Origin: Macrostomum lignano
Lineage: Eukaryota
Assembly: GCA_002269645.1 (NCBI GenBank)
Contig: NIVC01004478.1
Coordinates: forward strand, 1-44,728
DNA: 44,728 nt
Direction of reading: 5' to 3'
Shown: positions 10,853 through 22,800 of the stretch, one piece after another
Layout of the letters: the number at the start of each line of letters is the position of its first letter
Position numbering within the stretch: position 1 is the stretch's first letter
Notes under the pieces: model-generated
What the model was told of the DNA's origin: nothing
The model's input: only the letters and a program-made list of their open reading frames with translations
Database searches by the model: none
Position numbers and translations under genes: made by a program

Positions 10853-13800
10853 ATGACAACCCACTGCCACTGGCTCCGCTGTTTCTGGCATCGGCCGAAG
10901 CGCAGGGGATCAGTCGTGGCCTGTCTGAGCGGCCTGTGCGCCTTGACCATGTACTGGCTGGGCTGGGGACCCTTTGCCCCCTGCCAGCCCAGTCTCTCCA
11001 TCACCGAGCAGCTGCAAGACGCCAACCAGACTGTGAGACTCTTCTATAATTGTTGCGATTCACACTATTGTTGTGTAGGCTGAGCTGTGTCCCTGCTGAC
11101 CAAGCTGTGTACCTGCTGACTGAGCTGTGTCCCTGCTGACCAAGCTGTGTACCTGCTGACCAAGCTGTGTCCCTGCTGACCAAGCTGTGTACCTGCTGAC
11201 TGAGCTGTGTCCCTGCTGACCAAGCTGTGTACCTGCTGACCAAGCTGTGTACCTGCTGACCAAGCTGTGTCCCTGCTGACTGAGCTGTGTCCCTGCTGAC
11301 CAAGCTGTGTACCTGCTGACCAAGCTGTGTCCCTGCTGACCAAGCTGTGTACCTGCTGACCAAGCTGTGTCCCTGCTGACCAAGCTGTGTCCCTGCTGAC
11401 TGAGCTGTGTACCTGCTGACCAAGCTGTGTCCCTGCTGACCAAGCTGTGTCCCTGCTGACTGAGCTGTGTCCCTGCTGACTGAGCTGTGTACCTGCTGAC
11501 TGAGCTGTGTACCTGCTGACCAAGCTGTGTCCCTGCTGACTGAGCTGTGTCCCTGCTGCCTGAGCTGTGTCCCTGCTGACTGAGCTGTGTCCCTGCTGAC
11601 TGAGCTGTGTCCCTACTGACCGAGCTGTGTCCTGCTGACTGAGCTGTGTCCCTGCTGACTGAGCTGTGTCCCTGCTGACTGAGCTGTGTCCCTACTGACC
11701 GAGCTGTGTCCCTACTGACCGAGCTGTGTACCTGCTGACTGAGCTGTGTACCTGCTGACTGAGCTGTGTACCTGCTGACTGAGCTGTGTACCTGCTGACC
11801 AAGCTGTGTCCCTGCTGACTGAGCTGTGTCCCTGCTGCCTGAGCTGTGTCCCTGCTGACTGAGCTGTGTCCCTGCTGACTGAGCTGTGTCCCTACTGACC
11901 GAGCTGTGTCCCTGCTGACTGAGCTGTGTCCCTGCTGACTGAGCTGTGTCCCTACTGACCGAGCTGTGTCCCTGCTGACTGAGCTGTGCCATATTTTGAT
12001 ACATTTGCTCATTTGCCAGCATGCAGTGACTGTCAGCGCTCCCCCATGCCAGGTGGTTTACTCGGTGACCGCGGATCACCCGTTCGTCTTCATAGGCGGC
12101 ATGCCCCGCAGCGGGACCACCCTCATGCGGACCATCCTTGACGCGCACTCCGCTGTGCGCTGCGGCGTGGAGACTCGCGTTGTGCCGCGCCTGCTGCAAC
12201 TGCTGACCCGGTGGGAGACCGAGAAGCTCGAGTCGCAGCGGCTGAGGGCGGCCGGCATTTTGGGCCGCCCTCTGGAGGCCGCCACTGCCGCCTTCATCAT
12301 GCAGGTGAGGCTGCGGCGGGAACAGACTAAGTAAGGCACCTTTCCAATGGCAAAAATTCAGCTGGCGGGGTGCCAGGGACTACTTTAATACTGGGTCATG
12401 AAACGACAAAAGCTGGAGGCTTTACCACAGAGTTTTTGTCTGTGGTAAAAAGCAAACCTATTTATCCAATTCATGCTTTTCAAGAATTCGAGATCGGCCT
12501 CTAACACTTGCTGCTTCCCGTCCCTTAGGAGGGCACAGAGCCAGAATTTAGAGGACTTTTCAAGGTTTTTTGGCTGAATTGACTTGTGAATTCGCTTTGG
12601 ATAGAGGTGCCAAACACGTAGTAGGGGAGGGGGGTGTTCTTATCTCGCTTGTGCATTGTTATGAAAACGGGTCTTCGACCACCAAAACTCGCCGTGCAGA
12701 TTCTCATGCGCAATGGGCCGCCGTCACGCCGCCTCTGCGCCAAGGACCCCTACATCATGGCCCACTCGCGCCTGCTCGGCCGACTGTTTCCCAGCGCTAA
12801 GTTCATCCTCATGCTGCGGGATGGACGCGCCTTCGTTCACTCGGCTATCAGCAGGAAGATCCGCATCACCGGGTTTGATCTCAACCGGCCCATGGACTGC
12901 CTGGCCAGGTGGAATGCCCAGGTTTGTTGAAGTGCCCGATGGGGTGCTGAGCCAAAACTGTAGGGTATTAGCTCGCAATGTATGATCGTGTCAATTGTGT
13001 CAGTAGCTGTAGGGTATTAGCTCGCAATGTATGATCGTGTCAATTGTGTCAGTAGCTGTAGGGTATTAGCTCGCAATGTATGATCGTGTCAATTGTGTCA
13101 GTAGCTGTAGGGTATTAGCTCGCAATGTATGATCGTGTCAATTGTGTCAGTAGCTGTAGGGTATTAGCTCGCAATGTATGATCGTGTCAATTGTGTCAGT
13201 AGCTGTAGGGTATTAGCTCGCAATGTATGATCGTGTCAATTGTGTCAGTAGCTGTAGGGTATTAGCTCGCAATGTATGATCGTGTCAATTGTGTCAGTAG
13301 CTGTAGGGTATTAGCTCGCAATGTATGATCGTGTCAATTGTGTCAGTAGCTGTAGGGTATTAGCTCGCAATGTATGATCGTGTCAATTGTGTCAGTAGCT
13401 GTAGGGTATTAGCTCGCAATGTATGATCGTGTCAATTGTGTCAGTAGCTGTAGGGTATTAGCTCGCAATGTATGATCGTGTCAATTGTGTCAGTAGCTGT
13501 AGGGTATTAGCTCGCAATGTATGATCGTGTCAATTGTGTCAGTAGCTGTAGGGTATTAGCTCGCAATGTATGATCGTGTCAATTGTGTCAGTAGCTGTAG
13601 GGTATTAGCTCGCAATGTATGATCGTGTCAATTGTGTCAGTAGCTGTAGGGTATTAGCTCGCAATGTATGATCGTGTCAATTGTGTCAGTAGCTGTAGGG
13701 TATTAGCTCGCAATGTATGATCGTGTCAATTGTGTCAGTAGCTGTAGGGTATTAGCTCGCAATGTATGATCGTGTCAATTGTGTCAGTAGCTGTAGGGTA

Positions 13801-16800
13801 TTAGCTCGCAATGTATGATCGTGTCAATTGTGTCAGTAGCTGTAGGGTATTAGCTCGCAATGTATGATCGTGTCAATTGTGTCAGTAGCTGTAGGGTATT
13901 AGCTCGCAATGTATGATCGTGTCAATTGTGTCAGTAGCTGTAGGGTATTAGCTCGCAATGTATGATCGTGTCAATTGTGTCAGTAGCTGTAGGGTATTAG
14001 CTCGCAATGTATGATCGTGTCAATTGTGTCAGTAGCTGTAGGGTATTAGCTCGCAATGTATGATCGTGTCAATTGTGTCAGTAGCTGTAGGGTATTAGCT
14101 CGCAATGTATGATCGTGTCAATTGTGTCAGTAGCTGTAGGGTATTCGCTCGCAATGTATGATCGTGTCAATTGTGTCAGTAGCTGTAGGGTATTAGCTCG
14201 CAATGTATGATCGTGTCAATTGTGTCAGTAGCTGTAGGGTATTAGCTCGCAATGTATGATCGTGTCAATTGTGTCAGTAGCTGTAGGGTATTAGCTCGCA
14301 ATGTATGATCGTGTCAATTGTGTCAGTAGCTGTAGGGTATTAGCTCGCAATGTATGATCGTGTCAATTGTGTCAGTAGCTGTAGGGTATTAGCTCGCAAT
14401 GTATGATCGTGTCAATTGTGTCAGTAGCTGTAGGGTATTCGCTCGCAATGTATGATCGTGTCAATTGTGTCAGTAGCTGTAGGGTATTAGCTCGCAATGT
14501 ATTATCGTGTCAATTGTGTCAGTAGCTGTAGGGTATTAGCTCGCAATGTATGATCGTGTCAATTGTGTCAGTAGCTGTAGGGTATTAGCTCGCAATGTAT
14601 GATCGTGTCAATTGTGTCAGTAGCTGTAGGGTATTAGCTCGCAATGTATGATCGTGTCAATTGTGTCAGTAGCTGTAGGGTATTCGCTCGCAATGTATGA
14701 TCGTGTCAATTGTGTCAGTAGCTGTAGGGTATTAGCTCGCAATGTATGATCGTGTCAATTGTGTCAGTAGCTGTAGGGTATTAGCTCGCAATGTATGATC
14801 GTGTCAATTGTGTCAGTAGCTGTAGGGTATTCGCTCGCAATGTATGATCGTGTCAATTGTGTCAGTAGCTGTAGGGTATTCGCTCGCAATGTATGATCGT
14901 GTCAATTGTGTCAGTAGCTGTAGGGTATTCGCTCGCAATGTATGATCGTGTCAATTGTGTCAGTAGCTGTAGGGTATTAGCTCGCAATGTATGATCGTGT
15001 CAATTGTGTCAGTAGCTGTAGGGTATTAGCTCGCAATGTATGATCGTGTCAATTGTGTCAGTAGCTGTAGGGTATTAGCTCGCAATGTATGATCGTGTCA
15101 ATTGTGTCAGTAGCTGTAGGGTATTAGCTCGCAATGTATGATCGTGTCAATTGTGTCAGTACACTGTAATTCCTAAAGGTCCGAAGAAGGGTCCGGGAAA
15201 GGTCCATTGTGGAGGGTCCGGAGCGTCGAAATAACGGACCATGAAAGGTCCGTATTTTGATGGGTCCGTATTGTAAAGTCCGTATTGCAAGGTCCGTATT
15301 TTGAAAGGTCCGTATTTTGAAAGGTCCCTATTGCAAAGTCCATATTTTTCAGATGTCCGCATTATGGGTCCGAAATATAAAAACGATTACACCCCAAAAT
15401 GTATTCACTTGATCTGCAAGACACAAAATACCCACTATTATAGGTATGAATTTTATGAATTTCCTTACCTGTAAAATTGTTCCCAATTACATTATGTGAG
15501 GCATACAATGTTGTCAGTCATTGCGCTCAATTTAAGAAAAGTAAGAAGTGAAGCATTCGTAATCAACAATTGCATGTTTATGAAGGATGTTAACCAATTT
15601 AAAGTATTTTTTATGGTATATAAAGATTGATCCTAAAATATTTATTGTTGTAGTACAAAAACAGTGGTAATAATAATATTTAGTAATTATTTGTTGCACA
15701 TTACACATTGCGAATAAGTGTTTGCTTTGGTCACTCAAAGAGTGAAGTTGAATATACAGACTAAAAAGCACAAACTAAATACACAGGGCAATAAATAAGC
15801 AGCCAACATCGCCGTGACCCTCTGATGACAGATAACACTCTATGATTATGATTGTGAATATGAAAATAAATATTGTGATTGTGATTAGGCTTGTGATTAC
15901 GATTAATTCACAGTCATATTCAATCGTACTAACATGAAAATGAATATAATTATTATAAAAATGAAAATGATTACAATAGTCATGTCTAGGCGTTATAAAA
16001 TCATCTAACGAAGTGCATCCAAAATAGCTACTGCAGCCTTGCGGACGGCTTTCTTGCGAAGGCCCGACAGCACTTCGATTACCTCCAGAAACGCCTCTAG
16101 GGCAGGGAGGTGCTGGAGGTTGAACGCGATGAAGACAATTACAAATGCAATTATCGAGTCAGTAACACTGTCGAATGGGATGCTCGCACCGTTGACGAAA
16201 ACGCCGCACCATTTTCCATCCTCTGTCAGAATTCTGACTGGTAGTGCGTCGCGAAGAATAATAGACGGGTCGACTCGCAACCGACCGAGAAGAAGAAAGA
16301 CAGCCACAGGCAGCTTGTCCTCCTCTGAAACAACTGGCAATTCCACATAATCCTTGCACAGCTTGAAATTTTTTAGCAACTGCCTTTTACTGTACACAAG
16401 CAACAAGGCGTTAATAATCCTGCTTCTCATTTCCGATGGACTTGGTGGAAGTACATAGTCAGTTTTGCTTCTGTTGTATGTCTGGATCATGAGATACGCC
16501 TCCTGCTGCAGTACTGCGATGTTTACCAGTGGCGCAATTTCGTCACTAACCGTCAAATCTTGGCACCGCAATATTCGAATCGGAAACAGAGCCTGCATTT
16601 CGTTGAGAACGTCTGATATTGAAGAGTCATGATGAGTCTCGTTCAATCTCGTTCGACGAGCTTCGTGTGACGGTGGTACATCGGTATCGAACTCGCCGAA
16701 GTCAACGCTCTTCGCCATTGCACTGCCAGCATCGTATGCATCACTATCATCATCGCCTTCTTCTTCGATCAGATCTTCGTCGTCGTTGATACGCTGCTTG

Positions 16801-19800
16801 TTGGCTCTTTTAGCACGTGAAGCTATAATTTCATTGTCGTCATCATCTTCCTGGCCTTCAACTTCCTTGTACTGCCGTTTATGCCTTTGGCTCACAGTAA
16901 CCGCACTTGGGCCTGCAGCAGCTGCAGCAGCATTTGGTAGAATTATACGCCGATGACCAAGTCGACCATGCTTCCGTCGCATCTCCTGAACCGTTGGGCT
17001 GCTCTTGTCGACAAAGTCGCCAACGAACCGGAGCTCTTTGAAACGCCGAATAAGCTTTTGGCGCCAAAAGCTTGAGCTCCCACTTAATGAGGTGTCCTTC
17101 AGTCCAGGATACGAAGTTACTATGGAAGTGCACACATCTGTTATCTGGCTAGATGACAGGTATGGTTCATTTGGCGACAGATAGTTCAAACAGATGTGAT
17201 CGACGATGAATTTAAGGAACTTGTTGACAAACGTCGCGTTCATTTTTAAATCGGAACCCTTTTCGGGGTGCATTCGTAGATCACGAAGGGCGTTGGCGAG
17301 ATCGTCCATTCGTGGAAGCGAGTACACTTCGGGCCATGGAAGTGTAGTTGCAGCCGTAGCTGCTACAGCTGGATTTGGACTCAGAGCCTGTGTGCCTCGA
17401 CTCGGTGTTGTGGCAATCTCGACATTGCGTATTTCGCTTTGCTGCTTTGGTGTAGTTGAAGGTTCTACAGGGCATGCACCGCAGCTTGGAAGCAACTCTC
17501 CAGAAAGAAGGAAGTACACAGTTCTACATTCCTTTGCCACCTCCGATATTAAATCATCGTCGTCGATTTCGAAACCGTCAGAAGTGACAATGCGAACATT
17601 TTCAACATCTGCAATGTCCAATTTTAAACAACCTTTGATGCGAAGGTCCGCCAAGGTCAGGCCAGAAGCTGGAAGGAGCTTCTTGCGCTCCTCTGAGCCG
17701 TTGCAGATTCGAAGCTGAAATGAGGTATGATGTGCACAACCTCAATCAGAATACATCTGGTAAGACACAGATAAAATGAATTTATAAAGCCAAGGAATTC
17801 TTGTTCATTATGATTTTTCGGCTTTTGTCCTTGGCTTGACTTAATGTAGTAGTAGTAGTAGTAGTAGTAGTTAATTGGCTTGGGCAAGTAGTGCCCGTTA
17901 TGTTAATAGAGTGTATTTAATTAGATATGAATAACTTAGTGTTAACAAAAGTTGTCAATAATGGACAATACAATTTAAACAGTAGAAGTTTTTGCATTAG
18001 ATCAATGCCTTTAAGTTGCTGTGAGATGGCTTTCTTCCAAGGATCAATTGGATTGTCATTGTTGTTAAAGAGACTAGTGGTAGTAGAGTTAGCTTTAAAT
18101 AAGTTTTAACCAGAAAAGGAGGTACCTTTTCTTAATGATTTCAGAAATAGGAAGAATGTTGAGTTCATTGAGTATGACTTTATTGCTTGTATGTATGCTC
18201 TGGTAGATTAAGAATTTAAGGAGAGACTTATAGAATTTCAATTGAATATTATCCAGATCCTTAATTTTTGATTGCCTGGCCAGTGGACCCCATACCTTGC
18301 AGCCATAAGTAATGACTGTGACAACAAAATGTTTAGTGTTTTTATGATGTTTTTGTTTTTTTGTTGCTTTTTTCTGAACAATCTTCACTCTTCAATACTA
18401 AAAGCTGAAGCTTCAACAAGCTTAGACAGAGGATGAACCCATTTTAGGCAAGAAATGGTTCGAAAACCTGCACCATCTACATAGAACTAGCCTAGTCAAG
18501 GAAGGGCAAGCCGACCTATCATAAAAAGGTTAGACACCTATAGGCCAGAAATCTATGTAAGGTGGAGAGCACAGTTCCTTGTGCTAGAGGCAAGGTGGCC
18601 CTTGTAATAATTTGTTATTTTATGAAGTGCAAGTGTATGCCATATTGTTATATGCTTAAATTTATCTAAAATGATACCCACTAAGATTGTAGATTATTGA
18701 TCAATGTTTTGGCAATGTAGCATTGGATAATATTTTAAAGAAAGAAAAAGTTTCCCTTGATACATTAAAAATGGAATTGGCTGATGAAAAAAGTGCTGAG
18801 TAGGTTCAATAAATACTAAATGGTCATTATTCACAGTGCATATAAAACTGCTATAATGACAAGAAAATTTAGCATTCACTTTTTTACAAATAATTATCCA
18901 CTTGTTGGAAAGTTGAATAATATGGCTAATTAATGCTAAAGCAATTCCAGTTGGTTCTAAAATTGGCAAACAATAACGGTAATTTAATGTTGGAGTCCGA
19001 TATACAAACCCCTGATATTTTAGTTCATTAGTAGAAAGACAAATAGTGCCAATAATTGAGTCTGTATCTAAATTCATGTTGTTGCATAACTCAGTTTGTT
19101 CATCTATTGTCAATAGCATATTTAAGCTAATAGGATTTATATTATGGCTCTTAATTGTACCTGGTTCATAGTGCTTAATGATAAGTGCCTTTTGAATTTG
19201 ATATTGTTTTGCACATGTATAGGCAGGATTTTTGAAATTTCTTGCATGCCTGTTTATATTCTTAAGCAATTGATGATGAGCTTCACCTCGCATACACCAT
19301 AAGTATTTAAGACCACTATAATAATGATAAAATTCAGGATAGTGACATATATAATGCAATTTACATTTATATTTAGGATTGAAGCCCGTGTTTCTATATA
19401 TTAATTCTAATTGGCCAGAAATAAGAGATTGAAAATATTCTAAGTTTATGCTACTATCATATGGGGACAAAATTATGTCAAGAAACTGCCTGTGACAATT
19501 AAATAATATCCAAATATCATCATCCAACTCAAACAAATGTCCAAATAAAAGTCCAAAGTATTGTAGAATAACAATTATTTGATTAGAAGTACATGGTAGA
19601 TGATAATTTTGTAAGTGATATTTATTTATTGTAGGAATACTGACTTCTTTAATCAAATTTAGTTGTTTGTTTATATAGTCTATACTAATATTATGATTTT
19701 GAATAATACTTAATAGAATAATACATATAACAACATGAGAAAACCCTTCAAACACATCATGCATTATATCAGGGGGGAAAAATATTGAAAGTTAATATAT

Positions 19801-22800
19801 GCTACACTTCTAAACACAGATGGTGAAATTAAACCATTACTTAAGGATTTAAAATCTTCAATATATGATGAATTATCTCGATATTCAAATAGGAATAATG
19901 TACTTAATTCTTCTAATCTAATGCTACAAAGCTGTTTATAACCTATAAAACAAAATCTACAAATATAACCACTTGAAAACCAAGTTTGCATACCTAACAT
20001 TCTATGTATTGATAAATTATCCCCAGTCATGAAAGCAGCAATAACAGGCATTTTTATCAAATTACTTATTTGAAATTCTTCAAAGTAAAGCTCATTCAGC
20101 TCTCTAATTAATGGAAATAAACAAAACTGTAAACCTTTCTTTTTAACATTTGAATCATTAAATACTGTTAAAAGAAAATATAAGTCTGAAGATGAACTAA
20201 GATATTCAGGGAAATTAAGAATAGTAAAGTATACTACACATAATTTATGTTTTGTTTTGGCAGACCCAATAGGATTACATATTTCAATTTCATCTGAATA
20301 AAGTTTTATGAATATACCATTCTTATTTGTTAACAATGGACTAATATGTTCTTCAAAATAAGTAGACTTGAAAAAAAAATTTTCTTTGTTGGTTGCATTT
20401 AAATAAGAATTTGTAATAATATACTTAAGCAATGTCTCATTTTTTATAATAGAACTAAGTGTTTCTTTTATTGGAATATATAGAATTTTTAATTTTGATT
20501 CTTCATCTATGATTTCAATGGGCTCAACAAAATTAAACTTGTTTTGTAAAATTTCAAATATTTTTTTATTACTTAATAGATGCTCTAATGAAAGGTCAAT
20601 CATTTCTTGCAAATTTAATTTATTTTTATAAGAATTATAGCTGTTAACTATTGAAGGACATTCTTCTTTTAAAAATTGCTCAAATAACAAAAAATAGTCA
20701 TCAGCAAACTTCAATACTATTTCCTTAACAAGTTCACATAATTGATTAGATTTGCTTTTAGGAATTAAAAAGAAATGTCTAGACTTTAGATAAAAGTAAA
20801 CAAAATTTTCAGCAAGATGTTTTCTTGTATTTTCACATAAAAAATCACTAGACATTTCAAATTCAGGGTCTTTTTTTTCATTTTCAACTTGGTTACAAAT
20901 AGTAGATAATATGGCTATATCTATAGGCACAGCTTGCAATTCATTTTCTAAAGGGTTTCCTAATAAGTCTAGAGTAGGGTTATTATGAACACAATTTGGC
21001 TGTAGAACTTGGTCTTGGGAAAAATTATCAACAACACTGTTTTTGTGCATACGATAGGCATGTGCTTGTAATCCTTCAATTGTAACACTAATATGGTAAC
21101 ATCCCCTAACTGGACATAAAAAATTGCTATTCCCAAAAGAATGGTATAGTTTTATATGACTTATAAGCTTAAATAAATCCTTGTGTGTATGAAGACATAT
21201 ACTACATTGAAATAGTTTTGAAATTACATTTTCATCTCCATTTAACATATCCTGGACAGTGGATAAGCCTACTAAATTCGTCGTTGTGGAATGGACAACG
21301 CGTAAAAACGTTTAAAAAGCACTAATTTTTAGGTTTGATCAGAACGAATTGCACGCAACAATCTAAATGTTCGAAGTTAGTAGAGTGAAACAAAAGTTCC
21401 CAACATATTTTTGATCTGTGTTAGAAATGCGCTTGTACCTTTTAAAAGGAATACAATATATAATTCCTTTAATTTAAGGCATTTAGAGCTTTCGATTGAT
21501 GCAATTACATTTGACGGATAATTTTATTTGTGTTTTTATGCGGCAAAAAATACGGTGGTATAAAACCTAAATTTATTTCCAGTCCGATTTTCTCTATAAA
21601 ATCTCGCGTGTGCTTAAAAAAATATCATTTGAGGGCACTTGAAAAAATTTCATTCGTTTTCTCTGACCAAAAAAATCGGACCTTCAGACATGAAGGTCCG
21701 CCTTCAGGCATGAAGGTCCGCATTATGCAATTCGGACCTTATCCGGACCCATAAGATTTACAGTGTAGCTGTAGGGTATTAGCTCGCAATGTATGATCGT
21801 GTCAATTGTGTCAGTAGCTGTAGGGTATTAGCTCGCAATGTATGATCGTGTCAATTGTGTCAGTAGCTGTAGGGTATTAGCTCGCAATGTATGATCGTGT
21901 CAATTGTGTCAGTAGCTGTAGGGTATTAGCTCGCAATGTATGATCGTGTCAATTGTGTCAGTAGCTGTAGGGTATTAGCTCGCAATGTATGATCGTGTCA
22001 ATTGTGTCAGTAGCTGTAGGGTATTCGCTCGCAATGTATGATCGTGTCAATTGTGTCAGTAGCTGTAGGGTATTAGCTCGCAATGTATTATCGTGTCAAT
22101 TGTGTCAGTAGCTGTAGGGTATTAGCTCGCAATGTATGATCGTGTCAATTGTGTCAGTAGCTGTAGGGTATTAGCTCGCAATGTATGATCGTGTCAATTG
22201 TGTCAGTAGCTGTAGGGTATTAGCTCGCAATGTATGATCGTGTCAATTGTGTCAGTAGCTGTAGGGTATTAGCTCGCAATGTATGATCGTGTCAATTGTG
22301 TCAGTAGCTGTAGGGTATTAGCTCGCAATGTATGATCGTGTCAATTGTGTCAGTAGCTGTAGGGTATTAGCTCGCAATGTATGATCGTGTCAATTGTGTC
22401 AGTAGCTGTAGGGTATTAGCTCGCAATGTATGATCGTGTCAATTGTGTCAGTAGCTGTAGGGTATTAGCTCGCAATGTATGATCGTGTCAATTGTGTCAG
22501 TAGCTGTAGGGTATTAGCTCGCAATGTATGATCGTGTCAATTGTGTCAGTAGCTGTAGGGTATTAGCTCGCAATGTATGATCGTGTCAATTGTGTCAGTA
22601 GCTGTAGGGTATTAGCTCGCAATGTATGATCGTGTCAATTGTGTCAGTAGCTGTAGGGTATTAGCTCGCAATGTATGATCGTGTCAATTGTGTCAGTAGC
22701 TGTAGGGTATTCGCTCGCAATGTATGATCGTGTCAATTGTGTCAGTAGCTGTAGGGTATTAGCTCGCAATGTATGATCGTGTCAATTGTGTCAGTAGCTG

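Larger units (their letters stand above)
15162..21765 (-). mobile_element. EnSpm/CACTA (CMC superfamily) DNA transposon, 6604 bp, full length
   Basis: Ends CACTGTAATTCCTAAAGGTCCG (left) and CGGACCCATAAGATTTACAGTG (right) form an imperfect TIR with 8 perfect terminal bases. TA target duplication at 15160-15161 and 21766-21767 splits one 49-bp unit. Subterminal GGTCCG/CGGACC repeats occur at both ends. Internal EnSpm-type transposase. Confidence 0.92.

Noticed and set aside
8685-12199. Repetitive ORFs on the minus strand (SATHSANL..., SSVSRDTAQSAG...)
   Set aside because: Stop-free readings of the 53-bp and 20-bp arrays or antisense to TPST.
19764-19790. Programmed -1 ribosomal frameshift as the primary explanation
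   Set aside because: No canonical X XXY YYZ heptamer; a homopolymer indel is simpler. Kept only as a testable alternative.
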